Part shown: one piece after another, positions 33,304-45,339 of the stretch | Layout of the letters: each line of letters starts with the position of its first letter | Numbering within the stretch: the stretch's first letter is position 1 | NCBI GenBank assembly: GCA_047285305.1 | Contig: JBJBDL010000003.1 | Span: forward strand, 736,001-800,000 | DNA: 64,000 nt | Direction of reading: 5' to 3' | Origin: Synechococcus sp. | GTDB taxonomy: Bacteria; Cyanobacteriota; Cyanobacteriia; PCC-6307; Cyanobiaceae | Program-made: the position numbers and the translations under genes | Notes under the pieces: model-generated | The model's input: the letters and a program-made list of their open reading frames with translations, nothing else | Databases searched by the model: none | Told to the model about the DNA's origin: nothing

Positions 33304-34445
33304 AGGTTCAACAACCAGGCGCCTGCCGAGCGCAGACCCAGAGAGAGCCCTGGCAGGCGAGTGAGATACGTGGCCCGTCGCAACTGGAAGGCCAAGGGGC
33401 CAGCCAGGGTGAGCCCCATGCCGGTAAGGGTGGCGTCACCGACACCGAGGCTGAGCATTTCGCCTCGGTCCTCGAACTGAAAAGGTTGCGGCTCTTCCTT
33501 CACCCGCAGCTTCGCGATGGCTGCGGCAGTGGCATCGCCTTGCTGCATCGCCACCTGGGCGCTGGCGGGCCATGGGCTGCCCGGTCGGGCTGAGAGATCC
33601 CCGAGGGCGAACGTGTTGGCACAGCCCACCAGGCGCAGGTCCTCGTCAACGGCCAGACGCCCTCGTTCCAGCACAGGTGCGGGTGAGATGGCGGGGATGG
33701 AGGGGCTGCTTCCTGCGGTCCAGACCAAGCCTGAATGAGGCAGAACAGCACCATCGGCAAGAACAGCAGTGCTGGAGTTGACTTCGCTCACGCTGGTGTT
33801 GAGCTGGACCACCACCCCCTTGCGTTGCAGTGCTGCCTGGGCCCGCTCGCGATTGAACGCTTTGCTGCCGGGAAGGATTTCATCGCTCATCTCCACCAGT
33901 CGAACGCTGGCAGCACCGTCGATCAGATCCGCCAGCTTGCAGGCCAGTTCCACGCCGGTGGGTCCCGCGCCAACAATGATCAGCCCGGCCTCTCCATCCC
34001 GTTGCTGGTGCAGGTTGTTGAGCCATTGCTTGAGGCGGCTCATATCGCTGAGGTCACGGAAGCCGTAGCTGTGTTCCTTGACGCCTGGAATGCCGAAATC
34101 ATTGGCTTTCGAGCCCGTCGCCAGCACCAGTTGTGACCAGCCCAAGCGGTCTCCGGAGGCCAGTTCGATGCTTTGGCTGGTTTGATCGATGCCAACAACG
34201 CTGTCTTGAATCCAGCAGATGCCGTTGTTCAGTAGTTGGTCGTAGCGGGGGGCCACCTCCCAACCTTGAAGTTCATCGCTGAGCAGTTCGTACAGCAGCG
34301 GTTGAAACAGGAAGCGATCCCGCGGTTCGATCAGAACGATGGGGCAGTTGGGCTGCCGTCGCTGAAGAGCAAGTGCTGTGAACAGTCCTCCGAATCCACC
34401 GCCAACGATCACCACGGCATCCGATTGGGACGAGGGTGAACGCAT
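33300..34445 (-). CDS. Type II NADH dehydrogenase family flavoprotein (NdbB-like)
   Basis: VGGGFGG, FQPLLYE, VGAGPTGVELA; start moved to ATG 34445 to avoid overlap with cysH. Confidence 0.85.
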   Translation of the reverse strand: MRSPSSQSDAVVIVGGGFGGLFTALALQRRQPNCPIVLIEPRDRFLFQPLLYELLSDELQGWEVAPRYDQLLNNGICWIQDSVVGIDQTSQSIELASGDRLGWSQLVLATGSKANDFGIPGVKEHSYGFRDLSDMSRLKQWLNNLHQQRDGEAGLIIVGAGPTGVELACKLADLIDGAASVRLVEMSDEILPGSKAFNRERAQAALQRKGVVVQLNTSVSEVNSSTAVLADGAVLPHSGLVWTAGSSPSIPAISPAPVLERGRLAVDEDLRLVGCANTFALGDLSARPGSPWPASAQVAMQQGDATAAAIAKLRVKEEPQPFQFEDRGEMLSLGVGDATLTGMGLTLAGPLAFQLRRATYLTRLPGLSLGLRSAGAWLLNL

Positions 34446-34512
34446 GAAGGGAGTTGCCGGTTTACAAACGATAGGAACCACACCCGGTCCCACGGCAGGG
34501 GAAGATGGCGTG

Positions 34513-35280
34513 ATGACGGAGGCTCCTGAGGCCATGGTGCCCATGGCGGTGCAAAACGAGTTACTCGAAGGGCGCAAGCTGCTGGAGGCAATGGAGCCGC
34601 AGCAGCGTCTGGCCTGGGGATTGGAGCAGTTCGGTGAGAATTTCGCTCTCACCACGAGCTTTGGGATCCAATCGGCGGTGCTTCTGCACATGCTGAGCAC
34701 CCTCCCCGGGGGTAATGCTGTGCCGGTGATCTGGATCGATACCGGTTATTTGCCTCCAGAGACCTACGGCTATGCCGCTCAACTCACACAGCAGCTCAGG
34801 ATTCGTCTGGTGGTGAGTCAGAGCGAGATGTCTCCGGCTCGGATGGAGGCCCTGCACGGGCGGCTTTGGGAGTCTGGTCGCGTGGAAGACCTTGAGACCT
34901 ATCACCGGATCCGCAAGGTTGAACCCCTGGAGCGAGCGCTCAACGACCTCAACACGCGCTGCTGGGCCAGCGGCGTGCGGCGTGGTCAGACCGATCACCG
35001 CCGCTCGATGACCGCTTTGGATCCGATTCGGGAGCGTTGGTCATTGCGCCCCCTGCTCGAGTGGACCAAGCGCGATGTGTACTACTACATGCAGGAGAAC
35101 AGTCTTCCCCAACATCCGTTGTTTGATCAGGGTTATTCCACGGTCGGCGACTGGCATTCCAGTGGTCCTGATGTGGGCGATTTGAGTGGCCGTGACACCC
35201 GCTTCGGTGGTTTGAAGCAGGAGTGCGGAATTCATCTGCCCCAGGAGGTGAATGAAGGGCTAATGGGTGAAGGCATCTGA
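34513..35280 (+). CDS. cysH: PAPS reductase
   Basis: TTSFG, IDTGYL, RKVEPL, GY.TVGD, ECGIH. Confidence 0.93.
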   Translation: MTEAPEAMVPMAVQNELLEGRKLLEAMEPQQRLAWGLEQFGENFALTTSFGIQSAVLLHMLSTLPGGNAVPVIWIDTGYLPPETYGYAAQLTQQLRIRLVVSQSEMSPARMEALHGRLWESGRVEDLETYHRIRKVEPLERALNDLNTRCWASGVRRGQTDHRRSMTALDPIRERWSLRPLLEWTKRDVYYYMQENSLPQHPLFDQGYSTVGDWHSSGPDVGDLSGRDTRFGGLKQECGIHLPQEVNEGLMGEGI

Positions 35281-36006
35281 GTGACAGGGGCTACATGGGG
35301 TGGTGACCGCGTTCTGCTGATTGGCAATAGCCGTTGGCATTGGGCCCAGCGGCAAGACCATGTTGTTTCTATAGATCATGGGTCTCCCGACCCTGGTCGC
35401 ATCGGGACCAACCCTCCGGTTTGGGCCGCGGTGGGGCCGGTGCCTGAGCCGCTCATGGCTTACCAGGATCTGCGCATACGCCTTGAGGATGTGCCCTTGC
35501 CCAAGGCTCCTCCTTGGTTGGGGGTGGACCGCGCTCTCGGGGCTTGGATGGCTTGGCGCTGCAGTCAAGAGCAACAGCTCGACTGTTCCAGAGGGTTGCT
35601 GCTGGTGGATGCCGGCACCGTGTTGAGCCTCACCCGGGTGACTCCGGACGGTTGTTTTGGAGGCGGTCAACTGATCCCGGGCTATCGGCTCCAACTCCAG
35701 GCCATGGCAGAGGGAACCCTCGGTTTGCCATCAACCCCTGAAGAGCCCAATGCCGACGCTCTGCAAGAGGTTTTTCCACAACAGACCATTGCCGCCATGC
35801 AGCGCGGTGTGCTGGAGGCGATGTTGGCCTCCATTGCAGCGGCTCAGCAGCATGCCCAAGGCTTGCTGTGGATCTGCGGTGGTGACGCTGCTCTGTTGAA
35901 GAAACATTGGTCCGGTGCAACGGAGTTGTTGCAGCTGGAGGGCGATCTTCAGTTGGAAGCACTGCTGAGCCTGGGTTATGGACTCAGCTCAGACCGAGAT
36001 CGCTGA
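35281..36006 (+). CDS. coaX: Type III pantothenate kinase
   Basis: IGNS, LGVDR, VDAGT, GG.LIPG, CGGD motifs. Confidence 0.85.
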   Translation: MTGATWGGDRVLLIGNSRWHWAQRQDHVVSIDHGSPDPGRIGTNPPVWAAVGPVPEPLMAYQDLRIRLEDVPLPKAPPWLGVDRALGAWMAWRCSQEQQLDCSRGLLLVDAGTVLSLTRVTPDGCFGGGQLIPGYRLQLQAMAEGTLGLPSTPEEPNADALQEVFPQQTIAAMQRGVLEAMLASIAAAQQHAQGLLWICGGDAALLKKHWSGATELLQLEGDLQLEALLSLGYGLSSDRDR

Positions 36007-36451
36007 TCAGCGTGTCGGCCATGGTGGCCGCTTTCACCTTGAGATAGATCCGCTCGAGTTTTCCTTCTTCATCGATCAGGAAGGTGTGGCGCATCATTCC
36101 CATGTATTCGCGTCCCATGAACTTCTTCAGCCCATAGCTCTCGTAAAGGCTGGCGACGGCACAGGGCTCCTCATCGGTGAGCAGGGTGAAGGGAAGTTCG
36201 TGCTTGTTGATGAATTTGCTGTGGGAGGTGGCTCCGTCCTTGCTGATGCCCAGAACGGTGATGTTATTGGCCTTCAGTTGCTCCCAGCGATCGCGGAAGT
36301 TGCAGGCTTCTTTGGTGCAGCCTGGGGTGTCGTCTTTGGGATAGAAGTACAGAACAACCTTCTTTCCGCGCAGTGAAGCGAGGCTGATGGAATCGCCGTT
36401 TTGATCGGGAAGGGTGAAGTCGGGGGCGGCGTCGCCGATATGCAGACTCAC
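35984..36451 (-). CDS. bcp: Peroxiredoxin Q / Bcp
   Basis: LYFYPKDDTPGCTKEACNFRD. Confidence 0.93.
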   Translation of the reverse strand: MSLHIGDAAPDFTLPDQNGDSISLASLRGKKVVLYFYPKDDTPGCTKEACNFRDRWEQLKANNITVLGISKDGATSHSKFINKHELPFTLLTDEEPCAVASLYESYGLKKFMGREYMGMMRHTFLIDEEGKLERIYLKVKAATMADTLISDLGLS

Positions 36452-36543
36452 AGGAAAGGCTTGTTCAGTGGCGGCAGCGTACGGCCAACAGGACAAGACT
36501 GTCTGTGCTGCCTACGTTGCAATCAACCTGCAGCTGTTGGGCC

Positions 36544-37155
36544 ATGTCGTCGCGGATCTGGGTCCAGCAAATCGCAGGTTCCCTGTCTCCTCTTGTTTTT
36601 TGGACCTGCCTCACTGTCATTCCTGGGCCGTCGTCAAAAGCAGGTACTCAGCAACCGGTGCGCTGGAACACGGGCGGCTCAGTTAGTACCACTACTTACA
36701 GCGAGCTCGAATCCTTTCTTGTTGACGGCGAGGTCACAGACCGTGCCCTTCAGGATGCCATTCGGATGTCTGGCTGGACCGCTGAAGAGCTCCGTTTTGG
36801 TTTGAACAAGACCTATGCAGTTGACCTCGCCGGTGTATCCCGGTTCCTTTATTCCGACGCTGGTGAAGCCTTCCTGGATGATCAAACAAGGTCTTATGTC
36901 CCTTATTGGCGCCAAAAGGCAACGGCGGCAACGGCTCTGCGGGCCGCCATCATCGCGGATGCCAAGGATGGGCTCATTAGCTCAATCGGCATCATGAAAC
37001 AGCTGCCCGTCGCCTTCCGTTTATCTGATAGCGGACCGAATGACGGCAGGCAGAGGGTTTGTGCTCCTGACAAGGTGAGCGGAGCCCAGGCGACTTCGTT
37101 GCTGTCCTGGTATGTCTTTCTGCCTGCTTGCATCAAAGCCAACTCAGAGCTCTGA
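36544..37155 (+). CDS. Exported protein, DUF1400-like
   Basis: Signal-like N-terminus; SRFLYSDAGEAFL and ALRAAIIADAKDG resemble the DUF1400 pattern. Confidence 0.65.
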   Translation: MSSRIWVQQIAGSLSPLVFWTCLTVIPGPSSKAGTQQPVRWNTGGSVSTTTYSELESFLVDGEVTDRALQDAIRMSGWTAEELRFGLNKTYAVDLAGVSRFLYSDAGEAFLDDQTRSYVPYWRQKATAATALRAAIIADAKDGLISSIGIMKQLPVAFRLSDSGPNDGRQRVCAPDKVSGAQATSLLSWYVFLPACIKANSEL

Positions 37156-37160
37156 TTTCT

Positions 37161-39359
37161 TTATTTCAGCCCAGGCTTCGGCGGGGTTTTTGATGGCGTG
37201 CCGCGCTCTCCTTGGATCAATTGATGGCGCATCGGTATTCGCAGACCGAACTCGCCCAAGCCGTTCAACGATTGGCGCAACTTCGTCATCACCTCCTTGT
37301 TGATCTCCCCCATGGCCTGCCGGTAGGGCGACCCTTCGGCAAGCCATCGCTCAGCCAGTTCCGTCCCCCCCGGAAGGGTTAGATCTTCCACCCACTGCTC
37401 ACAACTGATCTGCCAGCCAGCGTTCGCCAACAACTTGTCTGGACGCTGCTGCCGCTCAAGCCACTGCTGTTCTTTAGCCACAAGATCGCGGAATAGCTCT
37501 GTTGGATCGCCGGCTTGCCGCAATGCACCAGCGGGCCCCAGCTCGGTGCGGCTGATCAATAGCCGTAAGCCCGTTCTTGGCTGGGCATGCCGGTTGATCT
37601 CCTCCAGCAGCGCTGTCCAGTTCTGCCCTTGCAGGTCGACTGCGGCGATCCGTCCTCCGATCCAGTCGAAGGCTTGGTTCGGTGGCAGAGCATCGAGGTT
37701 GCCCGTCAATAGGTCTGGCCGATGCTCCGGTTCAAGCAAATCCATCTGCGCTTCCAAGCGGCTGCGGTCGGCTTCGTTGTCGCAGAGCACGGTCACGCCA
37801 CCCTCCGGGTTGGCTCTCAATGGATCGAGAGCCCAGATCATCGAGCGCATCCCCAACAACAGCACCCGATCTCGACGGGTCCAGGGGATGTCCCGCCAGA
37901 GCCGTTCGCGCAGTCGCTGCAGCCGTTCTCCCCCCTGCCCTAGCTGGCGTTGTACCCAGCGGTCCACGCCGGGACGATCGGGTCCGCTGCTGAGTAGCAA
38001 GGGTTGGTCGGCGGCTAACTCCGCGGCCGCGGCGAGTTGAGCCGCCCGGCGTTCGGCCATCCGCTCGCGCCGTTCGCCTTCCCAACCGAGTTGGCCGGGC
38101 TGCCAGAACACTTCCCCTTGCAGGGGTGTGGGGAGGTATTGCTGCTCCACCCAGTGTTCCGCGAAGGCGTGTGGGTAGCGGTAGCCCATGCCATCACCGA
38201 AGGCGGCTCTATCGCGGTTGGCATCCCGCAAATGCCCGGGTACGTCCTGCTGACGGGCATCGCGGACTGTTTTGAGGGCATCAAAGAAGCCCAGAACGCT
38301 GTTGCTCTTTTCGGTGCTCGCTAGGTACAGGGCGGCCTGGGCCAAGGGATATAAGCCTTCGGGCAGCCCCACCCGTTCGAAGGCTGCGGCACAGGCTTCC
38401 ACCACAACGATGGCCTGCGGGTCGGCCAAGCCGATATCTTCTCCCGCTGCAATCAGCATCCGCCGAAAAATGAAGCGGGGGTTTTCACCGGCTTCCACCA
38501 TGCGTGCAAGCCAGAAGAGCGCCGCATCGGCGTCGGAGCCCCGCAGCGATTTGATGAAGGCGCTGATCGTGTCGTAGTGAGCATCGCCGTGCTTGTCGTA
38601 CAGCACAGCACGCTGCTGAATCGATTCCTCGGCGATGGCCAGGTTGATCTGAATCACGCCCTCACCATCGGGTTCGGAACTCTCCACGGCCAGTTCAAGG
38701 GCATTGAGCAGGCTGCGGGCGTCTCCGCTCGCCACATCCACAAGGTGGTTAGCGGCATCGCTGCTGATTGCGATGGCACGGTCGCCGTAGCCCCGCTCGT
38801 CGTCTGCCAGGGCGCGTCGCAGGAGCCGCTGCAAATCCTCAGGCTCCAGTGGCAGTAAGCGAAACAGTCGTGAGCGGCTGACCAGTGCTTTGTTGACTTC
38901 GAAGTAGGGGTTTTCTGTGGTGGCACCGATCAGGGTGACGGTGCCGTTCTCCACCCACGGCAACAGCGCATCTTGCTGGGCGCTATTGAAACGGTGCACT
39001 TCGTCGATAAACAGGATCGAGCGCAAGCCATGCCGTTCAAGGCGTTGGCGTGCATCATCCACTTCGGATCTCAGGTCCTTAACACCGGCCAGCACGGCGT
39101 TGAGGCTGCTGAAGTGAGCGCGGGTGTGGTTGGCAATGATCCGCGCCAGGGTGGTTTTGCCGACCCCGGGCGGGCCATGCAAGATCAGGTTGCCGACTCG
39201 ATCGGCCTTGATGGCACGTCGTAGGAGCCGTCCGTTGGCGAGGATTCCGCTTTGGCCCTCGAATTCCTCCAATGTGCGCGGACGCATGCGATCGGCTAGG
39301 GGAGCCATCCGCCGCCGTTGTTGCTCACCGTGAAAAGCGAAGAGGTCCTGAGCCAACAC
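37161..39359 (-). CDS. rarA: Replication-associated recombination AAA+ ATPase with C-terminal extension
   Basis: [44 protein letters not shown]. Confidence 0.9.
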   Translation of the reverse strand: MLAQDLFAFHGEQQRRRMAPLADRMRPRTLEEFEGQSGILANGRLLRRAIKADRVGNLILHGPPGVGKTTLARIIANHTRAHFSSLNAVLAGVKDLRSEVDDARQRLERHGLRSILFIDEVHRFNSAQQDALLPWVENGTVTLIGATTENPYFEVNKALVSRSRLFRLLPLEPEDLQRLLRRALADDERGYGDRAIAISSDAANHLVDVASGDARSLLNALELAVESSEPDGEGVIQINLAIAEESIQQRAVLYDKHGDAHYDTISAFIKSLRGSDADAALFWLARMVEAGENPRFIFRRMLIAAGEDIGLADPQAIVVVEACAAAFERVGLPEGLYPLAQAALYLASTEKSNSVLGFFDALKTVRDARQQDVPGHLRDANRDRAAFGDGMGYRYPHAFAEHWVEQQYLPTPLQGEVFWQPGQLGWEGERRERMAERRAAQLAAAAELAADQPLLLSSGPDRPGVDRWVQRQLGQGGERLQRLRERLWRDIPWTRRDRVLLLGMRSMIWALDPLRANPEGGVTVLCDNEADRSRLEAQMDLLEPEHRPDLLTGNLDALPPNQAFDWIGGRIAAVDLQGQNWTALLEEINRHAQPRTGLRLLISRTELGPAGALRQAGDPTELFRDLVAKEQQWLERQQRPDKLLANAGWQISCEQWVEDLTLPGGTELAERWLAEGSPYRQAMGEINKEVMTKLRQSLNGLGEFGLRIPMRHQLIQGERGTPSKTPPKPGLK

Positions 39360-39513
39360 ACCATCGGCGATGCCCCAGTGTCCCTGACGTTCTCAATCCG
39401 CGCTTGAGCTGGTCCAAATCGGACGCTTTTGGGTATGCCTCTTGCCAGACCTGCAAATCCTGGCGGCCCGGTCCTCATGAACACCGCATAATCCGTTCCA
39501 AAGACTTTTTGCC

Positions 39514-40587
39514 GTGCGTCATCCGCAGCGCCTTTTGCTATCCCTTGCGGCTTTGATCATGGTTAGTTCCTGCAGGAACGAAGCACCGAAGCCCCCGCCG
39601 CCGAAGGTTCAGGCTGCTGCTACTCGGATGGTGGAATTTACCGAGGGGATCGACACCGTCAGCACTCTCGAGGCCAGCAACCTTGTGGAGTTGGCCGCCC
39701 AATCGGGTGGACAAATTGAGCAGCTGAAGATTCGCCAGGGTGATGAAGTTGCAGCCGGACAGCTTCTGCTGGTGCTTGATCAAGAGCAGGAAAAAGCCAA
39801 CGCCGAAACCGCTAAAGCTAATTTCGAGCGTTACGCCTACCTGGCAGAGGTGGGAGCGACGTCGCAGCAGGAGTTGGACCGCTACCGGACTCAGTACATC
39901 GAAGCGAAGGCCAAGCTCGGTTACACCAATCTGCGCTCCCCCTCCGCCGGCACAGTCGCTGATGTGAAGGTGAAAGTGGGTGACGTGATCCAGCAGGGCC
40001 AGGTGTTTACCAGCCTTGTTCAGAACAATGAGCTGGAAGCAAAGGTGGAAGTGCCTGCGATCTTCTTGTCCCGGCTGCAGGAGGGCCAGCCCGTTTTGCT
40101 GATGGCCCCTGGCAGCGAAGAAGTACTGGCCACAGGTGCATTGGAATCAATTGATCCACGCATCAATCCCAACACCCAAGGATTGCTGGTGATGGCGGTG
40201 TTCCCCAATAGCGAAGGAACCCTGCGAGATGGTTTGCGACTGCATACGCGAGTGCAGATCAATGCTGAGGAACAGTTGGCCGTTCCCTTTGCCGCTGTCA
40301 CCCAGACCTCGGGTCAGAGCTTTGTCTTCCGGCTCGGGAGTTTCGATGAGCTAAGGGAGAACCCTGGCAAGGCGGATTTAAAGAGTCTGGAGCTGGGCAT
40401 CAAGGCCGGCGAGCTTCCGGCGAACGCGCAGTTCGCCTTACAGACGCCAGTCACGGTGGGCGCGCTGGAGAACAACCTGTATCCCATCACCAAGGGCCTG
40501 AAGCTGAATCAGAGGGTGGCCACCACCAACCTGCTGAACCTCAGACACGGGATGCCTGTGCAGGTGCAACCCGCCAAGGGGAACTGA
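39514..40587 (+). CDS. RND efflux membrane-fusion (periplasmic adaptor) lipoprotein
   Basis: Lipobox VSSC, lipoyl half-motifs (GDEV.AGQLL and SP.AG.V...VKVGD), IDP. Confidence 0.88.
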   Translation: MRHPQRLLLSLAALIMVSSCRNEAPKPPPPKVQAAATRMVEFTEGIDTVSTLEASNLVELAAQSGGQIEQLKIRQGDEVAAGQLLLVLDQEQEKANAETAKANFERYAYLAEVGATSQQELDRYRTQYIEAKAKLGYTNLRSPSAGTVADVKVKVGDVIQQGQVFTSLVQNNELEAKVEVPAIFLSRLQEGQPVLLMAPGSEEVLATGALESIDPRINPNTQGLLVMAVFPNSEGTLRDGLRLHTRVQINAEEQLAVPFAAVTQTSGQSFVFRLGSFDELRENPGKADLKSLELGIKAGELPANAQFALQTPVTVGALENNLYPITKGLKLNQRVATTNLLNLRHGMPVQVQPAKGN

Positions 40588-40596
40588 GGTTGATCG

Positions 40597-40689
40597 ATAT
40601 AGGCTTCCAATAATTTCATCACCAAACCAGTTTTCAGCAGGGTTTGCACTCTTTCGATTGCGGTCGTCTTCACTGTGTTTCAGACTTAG
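40597..40689 (+). pseudogene. 5' remnant of an RND (AcrB-like) permease gene
   Basis: Reads ATA TAG then ASNNFITKPVFSRVCTLSI, similar to the RND permease N-terminal FI.RPV motif; no start codon and the rest of the gene is missing. Confidence 0.65.
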
Positions 40690-40706
40690 CAAGTGATGCC
40701 CCAGGT

Positions 40707-42380
<1,674 letters not shown>

Positions 42381-42559
42381 CTATGTGCGGAACCTAAACA
42401 TGGAAATCCATTTGTAATGCGTCGGTTGAGACCAGTTGATGTCGTTACCCCTGTGGCCCGCACCAAGCCTGAGGACTATGCATTGCAGAGCTGGAAGCGA
42501 GCCATTCGCTTGCCGAAGCTTTTTGAGAGGCATTGACTGCCACAAGTTTTGGATCACTC

Positions 42560-42943
42560 TCAAGCCTGACGCGATTTAAGTTTCTCCTTCTTGGTCACCG
42601 GCTCTGCGCAGAACCGTGGGATACGACGGGCTGTGTTTGTGATGGTGTCTTTGCGCCTGAAGTCGTTGTTGTTAGCGACCTTGGCTTCGTCCATCAACAT
42701 CCACAACAAGTCCTTGCACCGCTCGGGCAATCTGGGGTGATCCATTAAAGGATCAGCGAGCTGCCTTACTCGCTTGCAGGTCTCTTTTGAGTTGTCTCGG
42801 GAACATGCGTAGGCGGCCTGTTCGATGCCTCGCAGTTGCTCTTTGCTGGGCCAAGCCACATAGGGCTCAGCAGCCATAGACGGAGCAGTCATGGATAACA
42901 CCATGAAGATGCGAATTAGGACAGGGAAGTTCATGATGCTCAT
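42560..42943 (-). CDS. Conserved secreted hypothetical protein with four cysteines
   Basis: Signal-like N-terminus, YACSR and ADPLMDHPRLP..CKD; start uncertain. Confidence 0.65.
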   Translation of the reverse strand: MSIMNFPVLIRIFMVLSMTAPSMAAEPYVAWPSKEQLRGIEQAAYACSRDNSKETCKRVRQLADPLMDHPRLPERCKDLLWMLMDEAKVANNNDFRRKDTITNTARRIPRFCAEPVTKKEKLKSRQA

Positions 42944-43113
42944 TATCTTTCGTTTGACTTGGTTTTTCAGTTACTCGTTACTCCGACTTCTACGGATTTT
43001 TTGCCGATCGAGTTTTCATTGGGTATTTGGTGGGATTCCCAGTCCAGTGCTGTTGTCCCAGAGCCGCTCCATGGCCAGATCAAGAACTTGGCGTAATCAG
43101 AGTTCCCAGATCT

Positions 43114-43320
43114 TCAGTGGGGCATCTCCGATGTCTTCAGCATCGCCACAAACCAAAGTCCACTCAGCACGAGGGCGACGCCCACGCCGGCTCCGATGCC
43201 CACCCGGGCCATCACCAAAGGGACCACCAATGGAAAAGCCATCGCCCCCGCGAGAGGGGTGATGGCCACGAACCAGCGCAGGGACGCCGGTGCTTTGGAA
43301 TCGGAACGGTTCAGAACCAC
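43114..43320 (-). CDS. Small membrane protein
   Basis: 68 aa with two TM helices; overlaps the upstream gene stop. Confidence 0.7.
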   Translation of the reverse strand: MVLNRSDSKAPASLRWFVAITPLAGAMAFPLVVPLVMARVGIGAGVGVALVLSGLWFVAMLKTSEMPH

Positions 43321-44384
43321 TCGGCGCGGGCTTCGCTTGCAGGGTTGCTGTTGTCTTCAGGGGTCTCACGCTTGAAGTTCAGCGTGATGTTGCGCTTCTG
43401 TTCCCCATCAGAGGCAGTGGCTTCGATGGCATACATCTGTTCGCCATCCCGGAACGGAACTTGGATCCTGAAGGTTCCGTCGGTGGAGAGAGGCACTTCC
43501 TCACCGCCGATGGTGAGGCGAGCGGAAGGGTCGGTGGCGCCATAGACGATCAGTTCGGAGTCAGCCACCAGCCAGAAGGAGCGTTGGCGGGGAGCCACGC
43601 CACCAAGGCCAGACTCATTGCGGCCGCTGGCCCAGAGGCCAGCTCCCGAGTCGTTTAAGCCACTGCTGTCGCCGGAGACGTCAAAGCCTTCTTGGAATTC
43701 CTCAGAGCCAACACGACGGCGGCTGAAGTGAACCGTGGCGCTTTGGTACAGGCGCTCGTGCAAGCCACTATTACTTGTTTCGACCGGTGCCACGGGAGCT
43801 GCCGCAGATTCGGCCGATGCAGTATCGAGGCTGAAGGGCACGAATTGATCAAGGATCTGCTCACTGGGGTGAAGAGCTGGCACGCGGGCCACGGAGGAGA
43901 AGGCCAGGGACATCCAAGTCGCTCCAATGCGGTAGCCCAACTCCACCCGGTAATCCCGGTCGCAGAGAGGTACAGGCAAATACCACTCGGTGCTGTGGCT
44001 GTCGACGGGCACTTCCTGGAGGGTGTGCGGATGGGCATTGCCGTCCTGCATGCCTGTCACGTCAGCCAGGCGCAAGCAAAGTCGACTGGCGCCATCCTTT
44101 TGAGCCAACTTTCGGTCTGCGTCGGAGATCTCCCAGAACACGTAAGCCCACTGGGGATCACGGGGCAAGAACACAACGCGGGTGTCGCTGCTGCCTATGG
44201 CCGGAGCGTTGAGTTCCGCTTCGATGGCCTTCAGGTCTCCACCACGCTTCTGCTGACGCTGGGCAACCTCATCGACCAGGGTCTCCTTGCTCTTGCGGCT
44301 GTAGAGCGGGACTCCTAGGTCGCTGGCGATCTGACGCAGTTGACGAAGGGTGAGACGTGCCAGTGATGACAGGGTTTGGGACAC
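43311..44384 (-). CDS. DUF4912 domain protein with Rho-N-like N-terminus
   Basis: LTLRQLRQIA..LGV..YSR..KE.L, FLPRDPQWAYVFWE, LIVYGATDP. Confidence 0.85.
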   Translation of the reverse strand: MSQTLSSLARLTLRQLRQIASDLGVPLYSRKSKETLVDEVAQRQQKRGGDLKAIEAELNAPAIGSSDTRVVFLPRDPQWAYVFWEISDADRKLAQKDGASRLCLRLADVTGMQDGNAHPHTLQEVPVDSHSTEWYLPVPLCDRDYRVELGYRIGATWMSLAFSSVARVPALHPSEQILDQFVPFSLDTASAESAAAPVAPVETSNSGLHERLYQSATVHFSRRRVGSEEFQEGFDVSGDSSGLNDSGAGLWASGRNESGLGGVAPRQRSFWLVADSELIVYGATDPSARLTIGGEEVPLSTDGTFRIQVPFRDGEQMYAIEATASDGEQKRNITLNFKRETPEDNSNPASEARAEWF

Positions 44385-44517
44385 GTCTAAAAACTCCAGG
44401 TTTCGTTTGGGATCATTGTGATCCGAAAAATTCCTTTTCGAAGCGTTAAGTGGCCAAGGGTCAGTGGATGCTGACCACTGGGTGAGCTTCGATCCCGGGG
44501 ATCACAGTCAGAGACAC

Positions 44518-44546
44518 AAAAAAAGCGGAGCCGAAGCACCGCTTTT
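44518..44546 (-). terminator. Terminator after cpcG
   Basis: Minus strand AAAAGCGGTGCTTCGGCTCCGCTTTTTTT with a UUCG loop. Confidence 0.75.
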
Positions 44547-44568
44547 GTGAACAAGTTTGGTGCTTGGA

Positions 44569-45339
44569 TCAGCGGCCGATGGTCCGGTAAGGCACCTTGG
44601 TCAAATAGTCCATATCGGCGCTGGTGCTTGGGCCGACCCGGCGGGGATTGCCGATTTCGCTCACCCATGCCATGTAGTCCTGCGGAGACCCACCCTTCTT
44701 GATTTTCGCGCGCTCCGGCAGCCGCTTGGCAGGCCCGCCAGTGAAAACGAGTTGGGGGAAGCCAAGAATGTTTCGGTAGTACTCGTCGTAGCGGGGGGTG
44801 GTGATGTTGAAGGGAGTGTCACCAAGCTCGCGGCCGGGAAGAACGCGGTTCCGCTGGTAAGGAACAGTGTCGTAACCGAAAGCGTCGAGGTACTCGGCGC
44901 TGTCGAGCAGAACATCCACCAGGCCTTCCAGGCCTTTGGTCGCAATCACGATGGACCAGGAGAGCTCTTCGCCCTTGCCGTTCACTTTGCGGCCGAGGAT
45001 CCTCTCGCAGAGGTGACGAACAACTTTGTAATTGCTGTTGAATCCGTAGAAGGTGCGCTTGAAGGTGTCCGAAAGCAGGAGGCCGCGAATGAAATCGCGA
45101 ACTGTGATCTGGCCATCCTTCAGCTGGGACTCAAGGTTTACGTCCCGATCGGTTTTGAAGGCGTGGAAGAAGATTTGCCGGTAGCCGGCTTCCACGACGG
45201 TGTCGAAGTTGTCGCGATCGTCTGCGATTTCCAGGGAGTAAGCCCGGGATCCCTCATCGGAGCCGACACGAAGGTTCGGAACACCTGATCTCAGAGAGTT
45301 CTGAGTGATCGGTGCGTACTCCAGAAGAGGAATGGCCAC
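44569..45339 (-). CDS. cpcG: Phycobilisome rod-core linker polypeptide
   Basis: AIPLLEYAP.TQN, LESQL..GQITVRDFIRGL, FG.DTVPYQR. Confidence 0.93.
   Translation of the reverse strand: MAIPLLEYAPITQNSLRSGVPNLRVGSDEGSRAYSLEIADDRDNFDTVVEAGYRQIFFHAFKTDRDVNLESQLKDGQITVRDFIRGLLLSDTFKRTFYGFNSNYKVVRHLCERILGRKVNGKGEELSWSIVIATKGLEGLVDVLLDSAEYLDAFGYDTVPYQRNRVLPGRELGDTPFNITTPRYDEYYRNILGFPQLVFTGGPAKRLPERAKIKKGGSPQDYMAWVSEIGNPRRVGPSTSADMDYLTKVPYRTIGR

Noticed and set aside
34446..34700. Apparent long overlap between the NADH dehydrogenase and cysH ORFs
   Set aside because: Artefact of choosing the most upstream starts; realistic starts at 34445 and 34513 give a normal divergent spacer
37161..38000. C-terminal extension of RarA and N-terminal extension of HflX as novel fusions
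   Set aside because: As I recall, long forms of both are usual in cyanobacteria, so not distinctive without a search
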